Source of the DNA: an uncultured bacterium
GTDB taxonomy: Bacteria > Patescibacteriota > Minisyncoccia > Moranbacterales > UBA2206
DNA: 64,000 bases
Assembly: GCA_903937035.1 (NCBI GenBank)
Contig: CAIZXS010000009.1
Coordinates: 11,141 to 75,140, forward strand
Reading direction: 5' to 3'
A program made the translations under genes and the position numbers. This document shows, piece after piece, positions 57,651 to 64,000 of this stretch (position 1 is its first letter; each line of letters begins with the position of its first letter). Under the pieces are notes generated by a model, which saw only the letters and a list, made by a program, of their open reading frames with translations, was not told the DNA's origin and did not search any database.

Positions 57651-59111
57651 ATGACAAAAATAAATTTCGAAAGAGGAAGTTCAAATGGATCCAAGGTTAA
57701 GTTTTATCTAGCATTAAAAAAGTTCTTTAAGAAAAAAAATATTATTCGACTGACTCTTCTCACAGTCTTTGTTTTAGTTTGCGTTTTTTTGTTTTCCCTT
57801 GCAAAAAGTAATAAGCAGATAATCGGAGTGAAAACCTTATCTGCATTGAACAAGTTTTCCAATCTGTTACCAATTACCAAGGATGAACAAAAAGAACTTT
57901 CCGTGCTCAATGCACTTGTGGAGAATTTTACTCAAAAAGATGGAGAAATCAAAACGTTTATGTTGCTTTTGCAAAATAATATGGAACTTCGTCCAGGGGG
58001 TGGATTTTTGGGTCAGTACGCGATCATTAAGATAAAAGACGGCGAGGTGCTTTCATCATATTTTGAAGATGCTAATCTATTGGATCAAAGAATCAAAGCT
58101 AAGGTGCCAACGCCCTATCCATTTGAGCGGATGATGCAACTCAAAAATTGGAAATTTCGTGATTCCAATTTTTCCCCAGACTTTCCTATTAATGTTGAAA
58201 AAGCGAAATATTTTTACCGCTTGAGTGGCAAAGGTAGCACTGCGTTTGATGGCGTAATTGCGATTAATGCCCAGGTCCTAAACGACATTTTGAAATTAAC
58301 CGGACCGATCACTGTTCCTGGCTATGCGACTGAGTTCAATTCAGATAACGCTTTTCTCAAGCTGGAAGAGGTTGTGGAAAAACAATATATCATGAATCCA
58401 GAAATTGATACGCAAAACAGAAAAGCGATTATGAAAAAAATGTTGCCAATTGTTATTGATAAGCTTTTTACTCTTGGTAATATTTCCAAGTTGACGGAAT
58501 TGGCTCACCAGGAGTTTCGTTCCAAAAATGTGATGGTCAATTTTTCCGATGAGAAATTGCAAGCACTGGCTGCTGGTGTGGCTTGGACGGGTGAGATGAA
58601 TCAGAATTGGGATGGCGACTATTTGATGATGGTGGACGCCAATATGGGGGCTCTAAAAACGGACTATTACATGAAACGGGAAATTAACTATGATATTGAC
58701 TTGACCGGAGAAAAGCCAGTCGTGAATCTGGGAATCCTCTATAAAAATACAGCGCCCTATGGTGATTGGCGTACCAGCGACTATCACACCTATATGCGAC
58801 TCTATTTGCCCAAAGGCGCGACGCTTTTGGAGCGGGTAATGATGAATAATATCAGCGCGGGAGAAGATTTTGGCAAGAGCTGGATCGGTTTTATGGGGCA
58901 CGTGCTGATTGGCGGGCAGACGGATGTGAAAATTAAATATGAGTTGCCGGCTGAATTTCCACGTGATAATTACAAACTACTCATTCAAAAGCAATCTGGT
59001 GTGTCGGATATTCCGGTTAAGGTCCATGTAAAAACAAAAGACGGTGAATTCAATCAAGAGCAAATAATGAATAGTGATTTACATTTTGAAGTTAAAGAAA
59101 ATACTAATTGA
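57651..59111 (+). CDS. Membrane-anchored extracytoplasmic protein, paralog of 21287-22651 ('NNMELRPGGG' family)
   Basis: 486 aa. 'KTFMLLLQNNMELRPGGGFLGQYAIIKIKDGEV', 'WKFRDSNFSPDF', 'GVIAINAQVLNDILKLTGP', 'MMVDANMGALKTDYYM'. Confidence 0.6.
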   Translation: MTKINFERGSSNGSKVKFYLALKKFFKKKNIIRLTLLTVFVLVCVFLFSLAKSNKQIIGVKTLSALNKFSNLLPITKDEQKELSVLNALVENFTQKDGEIKTFMLLLQNNMELRPGGGFLGQYAIIKIKDGEVLSSYFEDANLLDQRIKAKVPTPYPFERMMQLKNWKFRDSNFSPDFPINVEKAKYFYRLSGKGSTAFDGVIAINAQVLNDILKLTGPITVPGYATEFNSDNAFLKLEEVVEKQYIMNPEIDTQNRKAIMKKMLPIVIDKLFTLGNISKLTELAHQEFRSKNVMVNFSDEKLQALAAGVAWTGEMNQNWDGDYLMMVDANMGALKTDYYMKREINYDIDLTGEKPVVNLGILYKNTAPYGDWRTSDYHTYMRLYLPKGATLLERVMMNNISAGEDFGKSWIGFMGHVLIGGQTDVKIKYELPAEFPRDNYKLLIQKQSGVSDIPVKVHVKTKDGEFNQEQIMNSDLHFEVKENTN

Positions 59112-59160
59112 TTTTTTGAGTTATCATGACTTCGTGTTCGTTTAAAGGCAACCAAGCTTT

Positions 59161-59299
59161 GTCATCCTGAGCGAAGCGGAGCGAAGTCGAAGGATCTATT
59201 TTCCATTATCGTAAGCATTATTGTTAATTAGAAAACTATGAGTTACGGCTAGTAGATCCTTCGACTGCGTCCTGAGTACAGGACTTCGCTCAGGATGAC
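59161..59299. mobile_element. MITE-like element, family 1, second copy
   Basis: ~90% identical to 18302-18439 with the same TIRs. Sits between 57651-59111 and 59341-60513. Confidence 0.7.
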
Positions 59300-59340
59300 A
59301 AATTTAATTCGAACGTGTAAATTCTAAGTTGTAATAAATA

Positions 59341-60513
59341 ATGAGTATTTTGCTTAAAATTGACAAGGTTCGCACCCTAGTTCGCAGCAATGGTCTTTTT
59401 GGAAGTGCGAAAAAAGTTTTTGGTTATGTTCGAAAGTATCGCGCTGCTTTCGTCGTGACTCCTGGGGATATTCTTTTTATTGCTTCTGGTGTGGGGGATA
59501 GTGCGCATTTTCGAACGTGGAACGTGGCCGAGGAATTGTGCTTGCATAATTTGCGTGCATCAGTCACGATTTCTGATAATCCTCAATTGCTTGAATTGGT
59601 GGACCAATTTAAAATCTTTATTTTCCACAAAACAGTTTATTCTGAGAAAATTGCCAAAGTCGTTGAGAAAATAAAAGCGCAAAAAAAGGAGATCATTTTC
59701 GATACGGATGATTTGAATTTCGACCTAAAATATTCCGGACAAATGGATTATTTGAAAAATGCTGGCGAGGCGGAAAAAGCTCAATATGTGAAAGGTTTGG
59801 GACGAGAGATTTTGGAAGACGAATATGTAAAAGTGGCAACGACCACAACGACCTATTTGGCTAGAATTTTGGAAGAAAAAGGCAAAACAGTTTTTGTGGT
59901 GAAAAATAGAATTTGTGATGCTGAATTGGATTTGGCGAACAAGCTTTGGGAGACTGGCAGAAAAGCAAAGGATGATTTTGTCTATTTAGGATATTTTAGC
60001 GGAACGCCAAGTCATAATAAGGATTTTGCCATAATCACAGATGCGCTTGTTGTGGTGATGCGGAAATATGCTAATGTGAAATTGATTTTGGCTGGACCAT
60101 TAGAGAAAGAAAACGGCCTCAATGAATTTGCGGACAGAATCATTACATTGCCATTAGTGCCAAGAGGAGAACATTATCGAAATATTCAAAAAGCAGACAT
60201 TAACTTGGTTTCTTTGGAAAGCAACCCTTTCTGTGAAGCGAAATCCGAGCTGAAATTTTTCGAAGCAGGCATTTTGGGTATTCCGACAGTGGCTATTAGA
60301 AACGAAACCTTCGCGGGTGCAATCGAAGATGGCGTGACTGGATTTTTAGCGGGAAATGCTCTAGAATGGACCGAGAAGTTGGGGCGATTAATTGAGGACG
60401 CCGATTCGCGAAAAGCGATAGGGGAGAAGGCTCGAGAAAAAACGCTCAAAGATTATACAAATAAAAATAGTCATAGCGATGAATATTATAATTATTTAAG
60501 CAAAAAACTATGA
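59341..60513 (+). CDS. Glycosyltransferase (GT-B fold, GT4-like)
   Basis: 390 aa with C-terminal 'FEAGILGIPTVAIRNETFAGAIEDGVTGFLAG'. Confidence 0.65.
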   Translation: MSILLKIDKVRTLVRSNGLFGSAKKVFGYVRKYRAAFVVTPGDILFIASGVGDSAHFRTWNVAEELCLHNLRASVTISDNPQLLELVDQFKIFIFHKTVYSEKIAKVVEKIKAQKKEIIFDTDDLNFDLKYSGQMDYLKNAGEAEKAQYVKGLGREILEDEYVKVATTTTTYLARILEEKGKTVFVVKNRICDAELDLANKLWETGRKAKDDFVYLGYFSGTPSHNKDFAIITDALVVVMRKYANVKLILAGPLEKENGLNEFADRIITLPLVPRGEHYRNIQKADINLVSLESNPFCEAKSELKFFEAGILGIPTVAIRNETFAGAIEDGVTGFLAGNALEWTEKLGRLIEDADSRKAIGEKAREKTLKDYTNKNSHSDEYYNYLSKKL

Positions 60514-61463
60514 AAGTACTTGTAACAGGAGGTGCGGGGTTCATTGGGTCAAACCTGGCAAATAAGTTATTGGAGCGCGGGGATCAGGTGGTGATTATTG
60601 ATAACTTCAATGATTATTATGACCCGAAAGTGAAACGCGATCGCATTAAAACCATTCTTAAGGGCAAAAAATTTAAACTCTACAAAGGCGATATTCGCGA
60701 CGTGAAACTTTTAGAGCGGATTTTTAAAGCAGAAAAGCTGGACAAGGTGGTGCATTTGGCGGCAATGGCTGGCGTGCGTTATGCGATTGAAAATCCCTTG
60801 ATCTATGCTGATGTGAACGTGCTCGGTACAACCAATCTCTTGCAACTCGCGGCGAAATATAAATTGAAAAATTTTGTTTATGCTTCCTCTTCTTCGGTTT
60901 ACGGTAATAATAAAAAACTACCATTTTCCGAAACTGATTCGGTGGATACGCCGATTTCCCCCTATGCTGCGACCAAAAAAGCGACTGAGCTGATGGCGCA
61001 TGTTTTTTCTCATGTGCATGGACTGCCCACAACGGGCTTGCGCTTTTTTACGGTCTATGGACCATGGGGACGACCGGATATGGCCCTTTTTAAATTTACG
61101 AAAAATATTTTGGCTGGACTTCCAATTGATGTGTATAATCACGGAAAAATGAGTCGCAATTTTACCTATGTCGATGATATCGTTTCTGGCACAATCACCG
61201 TGCTCGATGCTAATTTGCCATGTGGCGTGATGAATATCGGCGGAGATAAAGAAGAGACGCTTATACGTTATATTGAAGTACTGGAGAAATGCCTTGGGAA
61301 AAAAGCGCAGATGAATATGATGCCGATGCAACCAGGGGATGTACCTTCAACTGTGGCGGATATTGGGAAATTGCGAAAATTAGGCTGGAAGCCGACGACT
61401 AGGATTGAAAAAGGTATTGCAAATTTTGTGGAATGGTATATGCGGTATTATAAGATAAAGTAA
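60510..61463 (+). CDS. NAD-dependent nucleotide-sugar epimerase/dehydratase (UDP-glucuronate/UDP-glucose 4-epimerase-like SDR)
   Basis: 317 aa. 'VLVTGGAGFIGSNL', the catalytic 'YAATKKATE' (YxxxK) and 'ASSSSVYG'. Overlaps the upstream gene by 4 nt (ATGA). Confidence 0.8.
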   Translation: MKVLVTGGAGFIGSNLANKLLERGDQVVIIDNFNDYYDPKVKRDRIKTILKGKKFKLYKGDIRDVKLLERIFKAEKLDKVVHLAAMAGVRYAIENPLIYADVNVLGTTNLLQLAAKYKLKNFVYASSSSVYGNNKKLPFSETDSVDTPISPYAATKKATELMAHVFSHVHGLPTTGLRFFTVYGPWGRPDMALFKFTKNILAGLPIDVYNHGKMSRNFTYVDDIVSGTITVLDANLPCGVMNIGGDKEETLIRYIEVLEKCLGKKAQMNMMPMQPGDVPSTVADIGKLRKLGWKPTTRIEKGIANFVEWYMRYYKIK

Positions 61464-61465
61464 GC

Positions 61466-62730
61466 ATGATTAGAAAGCTAAAAAATAATGCCTTTGCCTG
61501 GAATAGTTTTGTGCTTTTTTCCGGCAGTATGGTGAATAATGTTCTCAATTACATTTTTCATTTAGTCGTAGGGAGAATGGTGAGTGTGACTGTCTATGGA
61601 GAGACGGAATCTTTGATTTCTCTTATGTCCATTATTTCTGTTCCAGCTGCGACACTGGTGATGGTGATGACAAAATACGCAGCCGAGTGCAAGGCGCAAG
61701 ATGATAAAAAACGGAGCTATGAACTTTTGCGTTATTTTAACAAAAAAATAATGCAATATGGTACTCCGGTTTTTCTACTGACTATCCTTCTAACTCCATA
61801 TATCAGTCGCTTTTTGAATATTGAAAGCAATGTCCCTCTGCTTATCGTTTGGACATCAATGCTGCTTTCGCTTTTTTCTTCTGGCGCTTCCGGGATGCTG
61901 ACTGGTTGGCAAAAATTCAAACAATCGAGTTGGGCGGCGATTGCCGGAGGTGCTCTAAAATTAGTTTCGGCATTGATTTTTATTGCTATTGGACTAAAGA
62001 TAAATGGGTTGATGCTGAGTTTTTTTCTTTCCGCAGTCGGAACGTATGTTATTGCGCTAATTTGCCTCAGATTTATCATTGTTGCGGGAAAGGGGGATAA
62101 TAATGAAATAAGTAAACTAAATTTTGGATCAGTTAAAAGTACGGTGGCAACTTTTTTTATGGGAAATCTGGCGATAAATGCTTTGGGAAATCTGGATATG
62201 GTTTTGGCAAAGCATAACTTGAGTGATATCGAAGCCGGGCAATATGGCGCACTGACGATTGTTTCGAAGATAATTTTTTTCGCGACCGGTGTGATTGCTT
62301 CAGTTCTTTTCTCGATGTCGGCGGAGCATAATCATAAAAATGCGAATACAAGAAAACTCTTTCTTCAGGCCTTTTTCTGATGTTGGGAGTGTCGCTGATC
62401 TCAATCGCAGTTTATTTTGCTGCTCCAAAATTGATTCTTTCTTTGCTTTTTGGTGCAAAATATAATGACGTTTCCGCCTATTTGGGCTGGTTTGCTATCA
62501 TGGTTGTTCTTTTCTCTCTTGTTAATCTTACTTTGCAATATTTGCTTTCCTTGCATCGCATCAAGGTTGTCTATGGCATGCTCACAGTGGCGATTTCGTC
62601 CGCGATTGCAATTCTTTTCCTTGGACACACGATTTCTGCTATACTAACCATAGGTATCGTGGCTCAACTTGTGGCACTGATTAGTACGCTACCTTTTATG
62701 TTAAATTCATTCAGCAAGCATCCTAAATAA
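61466..62730 (+). pseudogene. Wzx-like polysaccharide flippase (MOP superfamily), interrupted by a +1 frameshift at a T5 homopolymer (~62370-62374)
   Basis: ORFs 61466-62380 (304 aa) and 62380-62730 (116 aa) are both polytopic. Inserting one T into 'gcctttttctga' fuses them into a ~420-aa, 12-TM protein ('...LFLQAFFLMLGVSLISIAVYF...'). Confidence 0.6.
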
Positions 62731-62741
62731 AACTTAATCAT

Positions 62742-63686
62742 ATGGAAGAGTCAAGGAAAAAAACGCTCTCAGTTATAGTCCCAGTTTACAACGAAGAGAA
62801 AAACGTTCCACTTTTCTATGAAAAGATTCAAAAAGTGCTTAATGCACTAAATTATGCTTGGGAGATTGTTTTTATTAATGATGGCAGTCTCGACAAGAGC
62901 ATATTGGAATTGGAGAAGATTTCTAAGGATGATTCTCGTGTACGGGTGATCGATTTCTCTCGCAATTTTGGCAAGGAGATTGCTGTTACTGCCGGGATTA
63001 ATAGTTGCATCGGAGATGCTTGCATGATCTTGGACGCTGATTTGCAGCATCCCATTGAGCGCATTCCGGAGTTTATTAAGAAATGGGAAAAGGGCGCTGA
63101 GGTCGTGGTTGGTGTACGAGCAAAGAATAAGGGCGAAGGTTTTGTCAAAAAAGTTGGCTCCTATATTTTCTATAAAATGATCAACCAAATCTCAGACATG
63201 GAGATCGTGACTCGCGCAACGGATTTTCGTTTGTTGGATCGCGTGGTGATTAATGAGTTTAATAGATTGACCGAAAAAAATCGGATGACAAGAGCGCTTA
63301 TTGACTGGCTAGGTTTTCGACGGGAGTATATCCAATTTGAGGCGAATGAGCGGATTCATGGTGCGCCAGCCTATAGTTTTTGGAAATTAGTGCGCTTAGC
63401 TTTCAACAGTATGATTTCGTTCAGTCTGTTTCCCTTGAAATTTGCTGGTTATATGGGAATTATTATCACATTTCTTTCGGGTCTTTTGGGCGTTTTTATT
63501 TTAGTTGATCGCTATATTACGCAAGAATTGCATTTCTCTGGCTCAGTTATTTTGGCAGTCGTGATTCTGTTTTTGATTGGTATCGTACTGATTTGTCTTG
63601 GACTGATCGCACTTTATATCGCTAATATCCACGCGGAAGTGACTAATCGACCGATGTATATCGTAAGGAAAAGCAAAAATGGCTAG
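62742..63686 (+). CDS. GT2 polyprenyl-phosphate sugar transferase (GtrB/ArnC/DPM1-like)
   Basis: 314 aa. 'SVIVPVYNEEKNV', 'FINDGSLDKS', 'DADLQHP' (DxD) and two C-terminal TM helices. Confidence 0.8.
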   Translation: MEESRKKTLSVIVPVYNEEKNVPLFYEKIQKVLNALNYAWEIVFINDGSLDKSILELEKISKDDSRVRVIDFSRNFGKEIAVTAGINSCIGDACMILDADLQHPIERIPEFIKKWEKGAEVVVGVRAKNKGEGFVKKVGSYIFYKMINQISDMEIVTRATDFRLLDRVVINEFNRLTEKNRMTRALIDWLGFRREYIQFEANERIHGAPAYSFWKLVRLAFNSMISFSLFPLKFAGYMGIIITFLSGLLGVFILVDRYITQELHFSGSVILAVVILFLIGIVLICLGLIALYIANIHAEVTNRPMYIVRKSKNG

Positions 63687-63800
63687 TTTACGGGAATTGC
63701 TTGACAAAAATCTTCAAAAGCCTTAAACTATCTCAGTAACCTAAATTATACAAAAAAGAGCGATATTTTCGTCTCTGGTTTTTTATTAAAGACAAACTTT

Positions 63801-64000
63801 ATGCTGACTATAAGACTCGCAAGAACAGGCAAAAGAAATACGGCACAATTCAAGATAATGCTTCAAGAGCGCACAGTTGCTCCAGGAGGGCGTCATGTTG
63901 AGATTTTGGGGAGCTATAATCCTCATTCTAAGGCAGTGGTTCTTAATGCTGATCGGATCAAATATTGGATTGAGAGAGGGGCATTTCTTTCAGATACGAT
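63801..64000 (+). CDS. rpsP: 30S ribosomal protein S16 (5' partial, runs off the window)
   Basis: 'MLTIRLARTGKRNTAQFKIMLQERTVAPGGRHVEILGSYNP' matches the bS16 N-terminus. Confidence 0.8.
   Translation, partial: MLTIRLARTGKRNTAQFKIMLQERTVAPGGRHVEILGSYNPHSKAVVLNADRIKYWIERGAFLSDT

Overview
This window looks like a low-GC (~38-40%) bacterial chromosome segment in the standard genetic code, with a small-genome, Patescibacteria/CPR-like gene content. I inferred all of this by eye from the sequence and ORF track, with no database search. Main content, in order: (1) a complete F-type ATP synthase operon atpBEFHAGDC (23-6855); (2) two adjacent proteins carrying beta-carbonic-anhydrase-like motifs; (3) a cell-envelope polysaccharide locus (9257-20326) with a Wzz-like protein, a Wzy/O-antigen-ligase, three glycosyltransferases, an initiating phosphoglycosyl transferase, a radical SAM enzyme and an APH-like kinase, plus three small signal-peptide paralogs with conserved leaders; (4) khpA-trmD and a SEDS ftsW/rodA gene; (5) a ~12 kb island (27693-39722) with six PEP-utilizing 'swivel' phosphohistidine domains, three of them inside one 1508-aa protein that also holds the only ATP-grasp (PEP-synthase N-terminal) domain, interleaved with three histidine-phosphatase-superfamily proteins and a low-molecular-weight protein tyrosine phosphatase (the most unusual feature of the window); (6) murG-murC, a P-type ATPase, murB, HPF, proS and a HIT protein; (7) a second glycosylation locus (49699-63686) ending in a frameshifted Wzx-like flippase and a GT2 polyprenyl-phosphate sugar transferase; (8) the 5' end of rpsP. 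Three families of short inverted-repeat (MITE/REP-like) intergenic elements recur in the window. I found no rRNA, tRNA or CRISPR.
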